Shown here: in pieces, positions 1-10,054 of the stretch
How the letters are laid out: the number at the start of each line of letters is the position of its first letter
Numbering within the stretch: the first letter of the stretch is position 1
NCBI GenBank assembly: GCA_963665775.2
Contig: CAXXTF010000001.1
Coordinates: 704,001-768,000, forward strand
Reading direction: 5' to 3'
Length of the DNA: 64,000 nt
DNA from: Dehalococcoidia bacterium
GTDB lineage: Bacteria; Chloroflexota; Dehalococcoidia; SM23-28-2; RBG-16-64-32
Position numbers and translations under genes: made by a program
The notes under the pieces: generated by a model
What the model saw: only the letters and a program-made list of their open reading frames with translations
Databases searched by the model: none
Told to the model about the DNA's origin: nothing

Positions 1-717
1 ACCTTCCAAGTCAATATCCTCGCGGGCACCGCCGCAACACCGGGAGAGGTGCTAGCCTCGGCATTAGCGACAACAACCACAGCTCCCGGGCGGCAGTGGG
101 TCCACCTAGAGCTGCCCACGACGATCTATACAGAACCCAACGCCATGCTCGTTCTCGAAATCCCAGAGTCTGCGACGTTCGCCTGGACGGGCACCTGCGG
201 TAGTGCGTTTGGCGGCCCGTGCACCACTGCCGATCCGGACCTCTATCCGCCTGGACGGAGCAATTTCACCGATTTCGCGTTTGCCGTCGGTGATTTTGCC
301 TTCCGCACTTATGCCGGACCACCTACCCTTCCCGGACAGGGCGATGTTGACTGTGATGGCGATGTCGACTCCGTCGACTCCCTCAAGGAGTTACGGCATG
401 TGGCCGGGCTGTCCGTGAGCCAGAACGAGCCCTGCCCAGAGATCGGCAGCGAGGTTGCCTCCCTGTTCGGCGATGTGGACTGTGACGACGATGTAGACTC
501 TGTGGACTCGCTGAAGATTCTGCGCTCCGTGGCGGGGCTCTCAGTCTCCCAGATCGAGCCCTGTCCGGACATCGGTATTGCCGTTGAGGTCACCGCGAGC
601 AGCCCTGTTTCCGGTTCGCCGGTCTCGAGCGCAGCAGGGGTTACACCGGCCCTGGCGCTGGGCTTTCTAGGCATGGGCGGGCTCTGGGTTGTTGGCAACC
701 GGTTGAGAAAGCGATAA
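1..717 (+). CDS. Surface protein with two dockerin-like Ca-binding repeats and a C-terminal membrane anchor (5' truncated by window)
   Basis: Frame is open from base 1. Two GDVDCDxDVDSVDSLKxLR repeats, each followed by SVSQxEPCP; Ser-rich linker, hydrophobic helix, RLRKR tail. Confidence 0.75.
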   Translation, partial: TFQVNILAGTAATPGEVLASALATTTTAPGRQWVHLELPTTIYTEPNAMLVLEIPESATFAWTGTCGSAFGGPCTTADPDLYPPGRSNFTDFAFAVGDFAFRTYAGPPTLPGQGDVDCDGDVDSVDSLKELRHVAGLSVSQNEPCPEIGSEVASLFGDVDCDDDVDSVDSLKILRSVAGLSVSQIEPCPDIGIAVEVTASSPVSGSPVSSAAGVTPALALGFLGMGGLWVVGNRLRKR

Positions 718-1008
718 AGCCCTGAGGGCGATCTACAAGGCGATGGCTGGTGCCGAGTCCTGGCCGCACCTGCGCTCCCAGGGCGAGTCATACACCTGCC
801 GCTGCTGCCTGTCTCCAGGGTGGTTAGGGACCCGCATTTGAAAGGCCAGCTTCCGCGGGAGGGTCTCGGGCCCCGCCCATTCCGGCGCCGGCCGCCTCGC
901 TGTGGTGGGCAAGTGCCGACGCGGGCGGGCATTGTGCCCGCCAGGACGCGCTGCTATACTCGTGCTCACCGTTTGGGGTCGCCCTAAGCGCGCTAGGAGA
1001 GGTCAATC

Positions 1009-2217
1009 ATGGATTTCGAGATCACGTTCTCCCCGGAGATGGAGGCGTTCCGCAGCGAGGTGTCGGGCTGGCTGGACCAAAACCGCCCCGACTTTTCGCT
1101 GACCGATACCTACGCCGAGGATGCCGATTACGACGACAAGGAGTGGCAGCGGCGGTTTAGCTTTCGACGCAAGTTGGGAGGGCAGGGATGGCTGTATCCG
1201 ACGGCTCCCAAGGAGTACGGCGGCGGCGCTCTGACACCGGACCACGCGATCATTATCGCGCAGGAGTTGGAGCAGCGGGGCATACCAAACCTGCAAGACC
1301 TCGGCCACATGGCGTCAGGCTGCATCCTGGTGTGGGGTAGCGAGGAGCAGCGACAACGGTTTGCGCGACCCATCCTAACCGGCGAGGCATCGACGTGGCA
1401 GGTTCTAACGGAACCCCAGGGGGGCACGGACCTGGCCAGCGCCCAGACACGGGCGGTCCTGGAGGGCGATAACTATATCGTAAACGGGAACAAAGTCTTC
1501 GTCGCCAACCGTTACCCGGCCGATTTCCTCTGGACCCTGGTCAACACGGATCCAGGGGGGGAACGCCACCAGAACCTGACCTATCTGATGATCCCCGCCA
1601 ATCTCCCGGGAATCACCGTGGTGCCGATGAACCTGCTTAGCGGCTTCAAGGGCGGCCTGTTCTTCGACAACGTGCAGGTGCCGGTCTCCTGCCGGATAGG
1701 CCCGGAGAACGAGGCCTGGACGACGGTGGCCACGAGCAATATGGAGCTGGAGCACGGCGGTGGGGGAAGCATTGGGACGGACAAGCAGCTGCAGGCCGTT
1801 ATCGCCTTCCTCAAGGAGATGAAGGCGAAGGGTGAGTCGCTGCTCGAGCACGAAGGGCTTCGCGATCTATTCGCCCGGGTCTACATCGAGCGCGAGACGG
1901 AGAGGCTGTTCGGGCTCCGGAACTTCTGGATGAGAAACAGCCGCATCCCTATGGGCCATGAGGGACCGCAATTGAACCATTGGCGAAAGGGGCACCCGCA
2001 CAGCTTCGCGCGGGCGGTGCAGAATATCCTGGGATACTATGCCCTCACGCAGGACCTGGCCTACGCACCGGAAGAGGGGATGCTCGAGCGACAGCAGCGC
2101 GGCGCCTTCTCCAGCCACCACGCTGGTGGCGGCTTCAACATCCAGGCGACGATTCTGGCCCGGCGGCTGGGGGTTGGACGGACCAGACGGGAAGAAGCCG
2201 GTCCGGTGAACCTGTGA
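1009..2217 (+). CDS. Acyl-CoA dehydrogenase family protein
   Basis: Motifs PKEYGG, GSEEQRQRF, LTEPQGGTDLAS, VNGNKVF, FFDNVQVP; AGGAG RBS. Confidence 0.9.
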   Translation: MDFEITFSPEMEAFRSEVSGWLDQNRPDFSLTDTYAEDADYDDKEWQRRFSFRRKLGGQGWLYPTAPKEYGGGALTPDHAIIIAQELEQRGIPNLQDLGHMASGCILVWGSEEQRQRFARPILTGEASTWQVLTEPQGGTDLASAQTRAVLEGDNYIVNGNKVFVANRYPADFLWTLVNTDPGGERHQNLTYLMIPANLPGITVVPMNLLSGFKGGLFFDNVQVPVSCRIGPENEAWTTVATSNMELEHGGGGSIGTDKQLQAVIAFLKEMKAKGESLLEHEGLRDLFARVYIERETERLFGLRNFWMRNSRIPMGHEGPQLNHWRKGHPHSFARAVQNILGYYALTQDLAYAPEEGMLERQQRGAFSSHHAGGGFNIQATILARRLGVGRTRREEAGPVNL

Positions 2218-2408
2218 GCGTTAGCCCAAGCTCCAGCTCAAGTGCCATCGCCTAGGGCCGATCGCGCATCCGGCCACGAGACACCCAGCCAAAGAAGTAG
2301 GGTGTGGGTCTCTCCATCCGTATCTAGACGGCTTGCGTCATGACGATCTGTGGCCGCCTCCAAGAGGTGAAAACAGATATACTATGACGAAACGATTCAG
2401 TCAGGTGG

Positions 2409-3050
2409 ATGCGAATGGCGCCTGAAAAGAGTCACCAGTGGTTTGCTGCCGTATACGACCGGCTGATGGCCCGTGCTGAGCGCTCCTATATGAAGGGCGT
2501 CCGCCAGGAGATCGTCGGTGGCGCCGGCGGCCGGATACTAGAGATCGGCGCCGGCACGGGAAGCAGCTTCCCATACTATCCGGACGATGTCGAGGTCGTG
2601 GCCACAGAGCCCGACCCATTCATGCTACGCAGGGCTGAGCGAAGGGCCCGGGAGATCGGCCGCTCTATCGAGCTGAGACAGGCCCCCGCCGAAGCGCTTC
2701 CGTTTGAGGATGGCTCCTTCGACACGGCGGTGTCCACCCTCGTGCTGTGCACGGTCACCGATTCTGCCAAGGCGCTTTCGGAGATAATGCGCGTGCTAAA
2801 GCCGGAGGGTCAGCTCCGCTTCTACGAACATGTCCGCTACGAGTACGCGTTCGGTGCCCTCTGGCAGGACCTCGTTACGCCGGCCTGGCGATGGTTCGCC
2901 GCCGGCTGTCACCCCAATCGCGATACCGCCGGGGCAATCCGGAATGCGGGCTTCTCGATCCAGGAGCTGGACATGACAAAGCCGCTGCCTCCGATACCGC
3001 CTATGATCTTCGCACGGCCGCATATCAAGGGAGTAGCCACCCGCGCCTAG
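2409..3050 (+). CDS. Class I SAM-dependent methyltransferase
   Basis: LEIGAGTG motif I; AEALPFEDGSFD; LVLCTV; GCHPNRDT. Confidence 0.9.
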   Translation: MRMAPEKSHQWFAAVYDRLMARAERSYMKGVRQEIVGGAGGRILEIGAGTGSSFPYYPDDVEVVATEPDPFMLRRAERRAREIGRSIELRQAPAEALPFEDGSFDTAVSTLVLCTVTDSAKALSEIMRVLKPEGQLRFYEHVRYEYAFGALWQDLVTPAWRWFAAGCHPNRDTAGAIRNAGFSIQELDMTKPLPPIPPMIFARPHIKGVATRA

Positions 3051-3710
3051 ACCGGTGCCCATTGTGGCTGGGGCCTATCGTGGCTGGGGATTGTAAGGGA
3101 CAAGATCCAATCCGTATCTGAGAGGTCAAGCAGCGAGCCCCTTGTACTCGTGATGTAGACCACCCAACACGGGCGAGCAACGATCCGCCCGGCCCGCGGT
3201 GGGCCAGCCCGACAGGGCGGCCCTATCGGGAGGCGTCTGCCAGGCGCTTGCGGTTTGCCTCCATCCGGGCCGAGGCGGTGCCGGTCGAGCCAGAGCCCGC
3301 GCCGGAGCCGGTGCCGTGAGTCAACAGGGATGAGTGCGCTAGTCGCCGGAACTCCGTCGGCGCAACGAACTCTGTCGGTCCGTACCCACGGTACCTCAGC
3401 AGCATGCCGATTGGGAGGGAGCGTTGAGCGATGAAGATGGAGTCAATCCTGGCCACGAAGGCTCCCAGACGGTTCTGGGGCGGATGGATCTTGACTGAGC
3501 GGTGATCGGGGTTGGAACAGAGATTGCAGTAACGGTAGGGGGTCTGGTTTCTATTGCCCACCACAGTTCGTAACTGGACTCAGCTGGACTGATCGCCGCC
3601 CCGCGAGCGTCGTTCTAACTGCTACCGGCGTGTAACCTGAGGATGAATGAGGCGACAAAAGCCTCTACGCTGTGCGAACCGGGCGGAAACTATTCTAGAG
3701 GATAGATGCA

Positions 3711-3968
3711 ATGATGACTGCGGTGGGGATTATTGGCGCTCTCTTGATCCTGGTTGGCTTCCTGGCCAACCTGTCCGGGCATATGTCCCGCACAAGTACA
3801 ATCTACCAGGTGATGAACGTCCTTGGTGCCAGCATCCTGGTCTGGTTCGGTATCGCAACAGGGGCATTCATCTTCGTGGGGCTGGAGCTGGTGTGGGCTC
3901 TGGCGGCAGCCTACGGCATCTTCGGCCGTTTGGGCCGGTCTCCGACGGCGGATGATGGCCGGGAATGA
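3711..3968 (+). CDS. Small 3-TM membrane protein (CBU_0592-like)
   Basis: Pattern GIIGALLILVGF...YQVMNVLGA...LELVWAL. Confidence 0.7.
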   Translation: MMTAVGIIGALLILVGFLANLSGHMSRTSTIYQVMNVLGASILVWFGIATGAFIFVGLELVWALAAAYGIFGRLGRSPTADDGRE

Positions 3969-4138
3969 TTGCTAGTGGGGACATGTGAGTCGCGCTGTCA
4001 GGACCCCCTGTGATCAAACCCTCTCGAAAGTGTAAGCAGAGGACGAGACGGCAGTTCTGGATCTCCTTACCGCTGAACGGGAGGGTGCCCTCGCCGAGGC
4101 TACGGCGTGCCATGCCTGGAGACTACGGCCATGGCTCT

Positions 4139-4177
4139 ACTAATATAGCGTGTGGTAGCGTTTATAGGGGCAGGTCA
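4139..4177 (+). mobile_element. IS3-family (IS407-group-like) right-end remnant, copy 1
   Basis: Reverse complement begins TGACCTGCCCC, typical of IS407-group terminal IRs. 36/39 identical to 25538-25576. Confidence 0.6.
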
Positions 4178-4268
4178 CAAGTAGCCCGCCGCCGCTTGCG
4201 GAGCTCACTCAGCGGCGTATCAATCGGGAGGTCGTAGGGGAGATGATTCCCGCATCAAGGTTGCCAGC

Positions 4269-4856
4269 TTGACCGACGCATCGAACCGCTGGCTGGCGGC
4301 CCGGACCACCCCGGGCGACAGCTACGACGAGACGTACGAGCGCCGTGCCGCTGCGGGCGAGGAGGTCCATGGCGAAGCCAATTTCGTGCAACGGTTCTCG
4401 CCATCGTCGGTACTCGATGCCGGTTGCGGGACGGGTCGCGTTGGGCGTGAGCTGGCACGGCGTGGCGTCGACGTGGCAGGCGTGGATATCGACCCGGAGA
4501 TGCTTCGTACGGCGAGCCAAAAGGCTCCCGATGTCGATTGGCACCTTGCCGACCTCGTGAGCGTTGACCTTTCCCGGTCATTCGACGTGATCGTGATGGC
4601 CGGGAACGTAATGATCTTCTTGACGCTGGGCACCGAGGGCGCTGTCATTGCGAACATGGCCCGCCATCTGCAGCCGAGTGGAGTGCTCATAGCGGGATTC
4701 CAGATCATGCGGAGTCGGCTGGCCATCGAGCGGTACGACGAGCTCGCCACTAGCGCTGGGCTTATGGGCGCCGAGCGATGGAGCACCTGGGATCGCGACG
4801 TTTGGGACACGGGTAGCGACTACGCTGTGTCCGTACACAGGAAGGCACAGGCCTGA
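4269..4856 (+). CDS. Class I SAM-dependent methyltransferase
   Basis: HGEANFV; VLDAGCGTGR; AGNVMIFL. TTG start uncertain. Confidence 0.85.
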   Translation: MTDASNRWLAARTTPGDSYDETYERRAAAGEEVHGEANFVQRFSPSSVLDAGCGTGRVGRELARRGVDVAGVDIDPEMLRTASQKAPDVDWHLADLVSVDLSRSFDVIVMAGNVMIFLTLGTEGAVIANMARHLQPSGVLIAGFQIMRSRLAIERYDELATSAGLMGAERWSTWDRDVWDTGSDYAVSVHRKAQA

Positions 4857-5163
4857 CCCCGGAATCCCTCCAGGACGATCCGCACCTTCTCTTCGGGGGT
4901 GCCCAGCAGAGAATTGTGCGGCAAGCTGCTGAAATTGGCGAGATCTACTCAGGAGAGCGTCCAGCAGCGCCCCAAGCACAGCGGCAATCTCGGTTGGATA
5001 TAAAGAGCGCGGAACTCTGGCACCTCATGCGAAACCGCGAGCTTGGCTACCGTTTGTCCCGTGCTATACTTTACAAGTGGAACATAATACAGTCGAATGT
5101 TTCAATATTACAGCGGGGGCCGTGTCCCCGTGATTGGCGCCAAGTCGTAAAGATGCGAGGGCC

Positions 5164-6630
5164 ATGAAGACCCTTCTGATTTCGGTCTATGAGTTGGGCC
5201 ATCAACCCCTTGGCCTCGCCTCGCCGGCCGCCCACATCCTGGACCGAGACTTGCCGGTGGAATGCCTGGATCTCTCCGTGCAGCCCTTTGATGAAGGTGC
5301 GGTGCGAGCGGCGGACTTCGTCGGGATCTCCATTCCGATGCACACAGCGATCCGCCTGGGTGTGAAGCTAGCGGAGCGGGTGAGGAATGTCAATGAGCGC
5401 TGCCACATCTGCTTCTACGGTCTGTACGCCTCGCTGAATGGCGATTATCTTCTGAGGACTCATGCTGACAGTGTAGTCGGGGCGGAGTTCGAGGAGCCGC
5501 TCGTAAACCTCCTGCTGTATCTATCCGGCAGGCCGGTGGATAGCCTGTTTGGGGTCCAGACCAGATCCAGCAGTTCGCCGCCGTTCCTCGGCCGTCAGGA
5601 CTTCCTCCCCCCTTCCCGCCACCTGCTGCCTCCGCTCGAGCACTATGCTCGGCTGGATACGGGAACGGAACTGAAATTGGTCGGTGGCGTAGAGACCAGC
5701 CGCGGTTGTGCCCATCAATGCCTTCACTGCCCTATCACTCCCGTGTACGGGGGGAGGTTGCGCACTGTGAACGAGGAGGTCGTCCTCACAGACATAAGGA
5801 ATCTGGTAGCGATGGGGGCGCAGCATATTACCTTCAGAGATCCTGACTTCCTGAACGGTGTAAAGCACTCCATGCGAATCGCGCGACGGATGCACGAGGA
5901 GTTTTCCCACCTTACGTTTGATGCCACCATCAAGATCGAGCACATCCTGGAGCATCGGACCCTGATCCCCAAGCTGAGGGAGTACGGCTGTATCTTCATC
6001 CCCTCGGCGGTGGAGTCCCTAAATGACGAGGTCCTGCGCTACTACGAGAAGGGACACACCAAGGCGGATGTGGTTGAGGCCCTGGAGATCACTCGCGCTG
6101 CTGGCCTCGCCCTTCGCCCCTCTCTAGTCTCCTTCAGCCCCTGGAACACACTTGAGGACTACCTGGAAGTGCTGGATTTCGTGGAGGAGCACGGTCTGAT
6201 TTACAACGTTGATCCAGTTCAGTATGCCATCCGGCTTCTGGTGCCGCCTGGTTCTAGCCTGCTAAATATCCCGCAAATGATCCCCCATATCCGCGAACTG
6301 GACGAACAGAACTTCAGCTACGTTTGGGAGCACACCGAGCCTCGCGTCGATCTCCTCCAGCGCCAGGTCAGCAGGATGGTCGAGGAGGCTGCCCACAGCC
6401 ACGAAGAGGAACAGGTGACGTTCCAGAGGATCAGGGGCTTAGCCTTATCGGTCCTGCATGGCGGCACCTTCACTTCGCCTGAGGTGAGCGGCACTCCCCA
6501 GGGACGGCGGCCGCCGCGGTTGACCGAATCGTGGTTCTGCTGAGCAGAACCCACCGAGGACCAGTTGGTCCCCTACACAGACAGTACAAGGCACTCGACA
6601 GGTGTGATGTCCAACACCGCCGCGGTATGA
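5164..6630 (+). CDS. CUAEP-tail B12-binding radical SAM selenoprotein (UGA at 6541-6543 read as Sec)
   Basis: ATG at 5164 (MKTLLISVYELGHQPLGLA); CAHQCLHC = CxxxCxxC. The 3' end reads ESWFC-TGA-AEPTEDQL and is open to TGA at 6628-6630. A hairpin follows the first UGA. Confidence 0.88.
6558..6571 (+). promoter_or_regulatory. Candidate bacterial SECIS hairpin
   Basis: GGACC-AGTT-GGTCC; the loop starts 19 nt after the UGA and contains GU. Confidence 0.7.
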
Positions 6631-6667
6631 TACCATAGGCGAGAGATATGTCAGAAGGAGCGAGCCA

Positions 6668-7324
6668 ATGACAGAACGATTGGAAATCGGACACGACCAA
6701 GAGCCGCTGCTCACCGTCACCCAGAACGCGCAACAGAGGATCAGCTCCCTGATGGAGGCGGAAGGCCGCCAGGGACAAGCCATCCGCGTGGTGGTACGCA
6801 ATAGCTCCCCCGGCCGTTTCCAGTACGGCTTAGAGTTCGTGGAGCAGGGAAAGGAAGATCAGGACGATACCGTCGTCGACTTCGGCCCCTTCAGGCTCGT
6901 GGTTGACTCCACCAGTGCGCCCAAACTGAAGGGCGCGACCATCGACTTCGTCGACGACCCGCTAGGCGGCAGCACCGGCCTTCAGGTCGATAACCCGAAC
7001 AGCGCCTGGACAGATCCCATGGCAGCGAAGATTCAAGAGCTGATCGATACCCAGATCAATCCGGGGGTGGCCAGCCACGGCGGACACGTAGACCTCATCG
7101 ACGTCAAGGAGAACGTGGTGTACATCCTCCTCGGCGGCGGCTGTCAGGGATGCGGTATGGTAGACGTTACGCTGAAGCAGGGGATCGAGGTGATGATCAA
7201 GGAAGCGGTCCCCGAGATCCAGGGGGTCGTCGACACCACCGACCATGCCGGTGGTAGCAACCCCTACTACCAGCCGGCCAAGGGCGGCGAAAGCCCTGGC
7301 GAAAGCCCCCTGGCCTCGTCGTAG
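6668..7324 (+). CDS. nfuA: NfuA-type Fe-S carrier (degenerate A-type domain plus NifU C domain)
   Basis: Cys-less HesB-like N domain; INPGVASHGG...GGGCQGC...TLKQGIE...DTTDH...NPYY; AAGGAG RBS. Confidence 0.88.
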   Translation: MTERLEIGHDQEPLLTVTQNAQQRISSLMEAEGRQGQAIRVVVRNSSPGRFQYGLEFVEQGKEDQDDTVVDFGPFRLVVDSTSAPKLKGATIDFVDDPLGGSTGLQVDNPNSAWTDPMAAKIQELIDTQINPGVASHGGHVDLIDVKENVVYILLGGGCQGCGMVDVTLKQGIEVMIKEAVPEIQGVVDTTDHAGGSNPYYQPAKGGESPGESPLASS

Positions 7325-7418
7325 GCGTCAGCGTTCATATAGGCGGTGCTCTAGGCGCCGTTGCATTGAGGGTCTTCTGTCTTTTAAGGCGGGCTAACCG
7401 AAAGGGAGTTGAGTCAGT

Positions 7419-7814
7419 ATGGACACCCAGGAGTTGATCGCTAGGTTTCCCGAAATCCCAGAGGTCCTGCACGAGAAGCCCGTTTTGACGCGGTACGCCG
7501 AGGTGTTCGGCGATCTCTTGCGTACTGCCTGGAAGCCAACTGCCTGCTCGGCAAGCCAACAAACGGCCGAAAACCTGGTTTACATGAAGCTCATTGCGCC
7601 AATGGGAATCCTGGCTTACGGGCTCTCCACTCCCGAGAAGACCGTGGTCCAGCTCGAGGCTTTGCTGGAAGCGTACCGGCCGGATCCGGAAAAGTTCCTG
7701 GCCGAGCTGATCCCTCCGGACGTGGCCCAGACGCCGGGCGGATGCCAGGCGGATGAGAGCCCGGGCGCCGGGGTGGCAACCGCGTCGGACTCCGGGCTTT
7801 CCGGAAGAAACTGA
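7419..7814 (+). CDS. Hypothetical protein with two Cys (KPTAC, PGGC)
   Basis: AAGGGAG RBS; protein-like helical composition; co-oriented with rSAM-nfuA. Confidence 0.7.
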   Translation: MDTQELIARFPEIPEVLHEKPVLTRYAEVFGDLLRTAWKPTACSASQQTAENLVYMKLIAPMGILAYGLSTPEKTVVQLEALLEAYRPDPEKFLAELIPPDVAQTPGGCQADESPGAGVATASDSGLSGRN

Positions 7815-7886
7815 CGCTGAGCCGTTCCCTGGCGGCCATCAACATCAAGAAGTTGCACAGCCCCAACTATCTGTTCCGGTCGTCTG

Positions 7887-9122
7887 CTATCTCGGCTCGA
7901 TGACAAACTCCAACCGGCCGTAAGCCTCGCGCAGCGCCGCCTCGACCCGCTCCGGGGTTTCGCCGCGGGCAAAGATGAACCCCAGGTAACGCGTGCCCTC
8001 CGGCAGGGGGACCACCTCCTGCCCCAGCGGGACGCTTATGAGGACCTGCTCGATCGCCGGCACCCCCTTGGCCCGCTGCTGGCCCTGAACCTCACGCAGA
8101 ACCCCAGCTTGAGGTATCGGGATCATCATTACCCCTGCCGAGCCTCTCTCCCGCTCCAGCGAGTCGACCTCCATCCCTAGGGCGTGTCGCAGGATCAGCT
8201 CCTCCAGCGAGATGCCGGCGCCGAAGCGGAGCGTGCGGGAGCAGAGGCCGCCGATGGACCGAGCGGCGATCTCGATGATCCAGGGCCCTTGTTTATTGAC
8301 TCGCAACTCAGCATGCACGGGCCCATCCCGTAGGCCCAGCGCCCTCGCCGTCGCGTCAGCGCAGGCCGCGATGTCTCCTTGGAGGGTATCTGTCAATCGC
8401 GAAGGCGTGACATAAATCGTCTCCTCGAAGTAGGGCCCATCTAGGGGATCGGGCTTGTCGAAGATCGCCAGCACTCTGAGCTTGCCACTCGTGAGCAGCC
8501 CCTCCAGCGCCACCTCCTGCCCCGGTATGAACGTCTCGACAAGGATCTGGCGCGCGGCCTCGGCGCCCGTCGCAGCCACGTCCGGCTGACGCAGGATGGC
8601 AGCGAGCTTGTGGAAGGCTAGCACAAACTGTTCCGCATCGTCGGCGCGAATGACGCCACGACTGGCCGACAGGAACAGTGGCTTGACCACGCAGGGGAAG
8701 CTCACCGCAGGAGCGAGCGCTACCGGGTCATCGTCAATTGACAGGAGCTGAAAGCTAGGCGAGGGGAGGTGTGCCTTGGCCAGGAGCTGCCGCAGGTCGT
8801 GCTTATTCCGCGTCGCCTGGGCCGACTCCACGGAGTTGTGGGGTAGCGACAGCGCCGCGGCCGCCATCGCCGCCAGAACCGTGGTGTCATCGTCGACGCC
8901 CAGGACGGCGGTCAGCGGGTATCGCTTCGCGAATGCGAGGATCGCCGCCGTCGCTTCCTTTGGCGTGAGGAAATTGAGGGTCAGCGCGCTTCCCGGCACA
9001 AACTCCGACAGCGCCTGCGGCTGGTCGGATCCGACCACCACTTCCACACCTAACCGCCGCGCTGCCTCCAGAAACGAATGGGCACGGTAGGTTCTGGTGG
9101 ACATAAGTAGGAGAACGCGCAT
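7887..9122 (-). CDS. ATP-grasp domain ligase (L-amino-acid ligase-like)
   Basis: FPCVVKP...SASRGV; VETFIPGQEVALEG; IFDKPDPLDGPYFEET; GPVHAELR; IEIAARSIGGLC. Confidence 0.9.
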   Translation of the reverse strand: MRVLLLMSTRTYRAHSFLEAARRLGVEVVVGSDQPQALSEFVPGSALTLNFLTPKEATAAILAFAKRYPLTAVLGVDDDTTVLAAMAAAALSLPHNSVESAQATRNKHDLRQLLAKAHLPSPSFQLLSIDDDPVALAPAVSFPCVVKPLFLSASRGVIRADDAEQFVLAFHKLAAILRQPDVAATGAEAARQILVETFIPGQEVALEGLLTSGKLRVLAIFDKPDPLDGPYFEETIYVTPSRLTDTLQGDIAACADATARALGLRDGPVHAELRVNKQGPWIIEIAARSIGGLCSRTLRFGAGISLEELILRHALGMEVDSLERERGSAGVMMIPIPQAGVLREVQGQQRAKGVPAIEQVLISVPLGQEVVPLPEGTRYLGFIFARGETPERVEAALREAYGRLEFVIEPR

Positions 9123-9468
9123 GACCTATCGGGACCTCCCAGCGTAGAACCGCTGACGGGGAACAATTCTGCGGCCTTGCCGTCTCGGCAACATCAAGTG
9201 AGCTGGCCCCTGGTGTCCAGATGCCAGTCCTGAGTGTACATGATGAGGGCTCCCAAGGGCCGTGCTCTGTGAGGCGCTAGAGGCGCAAGGGGTCGAGTTC
9301 ATCCGTCGTGCCGCCGGGGAGCCGGGGTTTGGCTTTATCTCCACGTTCCTCAACCCAGTGTGCGGCACTTCCTACGGAGGGGGCAAAATGGCATCCTTAT
9401 CTGAGGAGGTCCAGCAGCCAGCCTGTGGGGGAGACTCGGCCACGGTCCGGCTCCTTATATTGCCGCCT

Positions 9469-9873
9469 TCAGGTTCTCGAAGAGATGATCTCAACCTCGT
9501 TGCCGTCGGGGTCGTCGATATACATGCCCTTTAGCGGCAGAAACGGGTGTTCCCCTAAGCGCACATCAAAACCTAGGCCCTGCAGGCGCTGGCGCTCACC
9601 GTCGAAGTCTTCAGGCGCAATTTCGAGGCCCAGATGATGTAGGGAGCGTTTGGAGCGCTCCTGTGGGAAGGCCTCAGTGCCGGCTGGCAGCGGGACGAGC
9701 ACTACTTGCTGCGGGCAGTTGACGGGAGCTTCCCCAGCTCGCAGGAAGACGGCTCCCCTGCCATCAGGCGGGAACAGTGGGTTCAGGCCGAGAACATCGC
9801 GATAAAACGCTAGAGCTGCATCCATATCATGTACCCAGATCACGATCTCCGCCAGACCACGAATCTTTGGCAT
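9469..9873 (-). CDS. VOC/glyoxalase family protein
   Basis: Start moved to ATG 9873 (MPKIRGLAE); FYRDVLG; HHLGLE; YIDDPDGNEVE. Confidence 0.85.
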   Translation of the reverse strand: MPKIRGLAEIVIWVHDMDAALAFYRDVLGLNPLFPPDGRGAVFLRAGEAPVNCPQQVVLVPLPAGTEAFPQERSKRSLHHLGLEIAPEDFDGERQRLQGLGFDVRLGEHPFLPLKGMYIDDPDGNEVEIISSRT

Positions 9874-10054
9874 CGATAATACTCCCTTCTTTCTTCTACC
9901 CCTGACCGCCCGGTTCTCGGCGCGAGGATGCCACGTGGCAGGGTCAAAACGATCCTGCAGATGCATGATTGATCCCTGGTGTCTGGAAGTCAATACGAAG
10001 ATGAGAGGCACCGAGAAGAAGTTCAAAACTCCCGTTCAACGAATACGAAGATCG

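Noticed and set aside
720-1000. Possible riboswitch in the GC-rich spacer before the acyl-CoA dehydrogenase
   Set aside because: No convincing cobalamin, TPP or SAM consensus by eye. An Infernal/Rfam scan would be needed.
3120-3650. ORFs in the spacer after the first methyltransferase
   Set aside because: No recognisable motifs or RBS; probably decayed sequence.
9194-9241. Minus-strand mini-ORF MYTQDWHLDTRGQLT-TGA-CC upstream of the ATP-grasp gene, as a third selenopeptide or precursor peptide
   Set aside because: The hairpin (TTGCCG-AGA-CGGCAA) starts only 2 nt after the UGA, unlike the two good SECIS candidates. Readthrough would run out of frame into the ligase gene. No family support.
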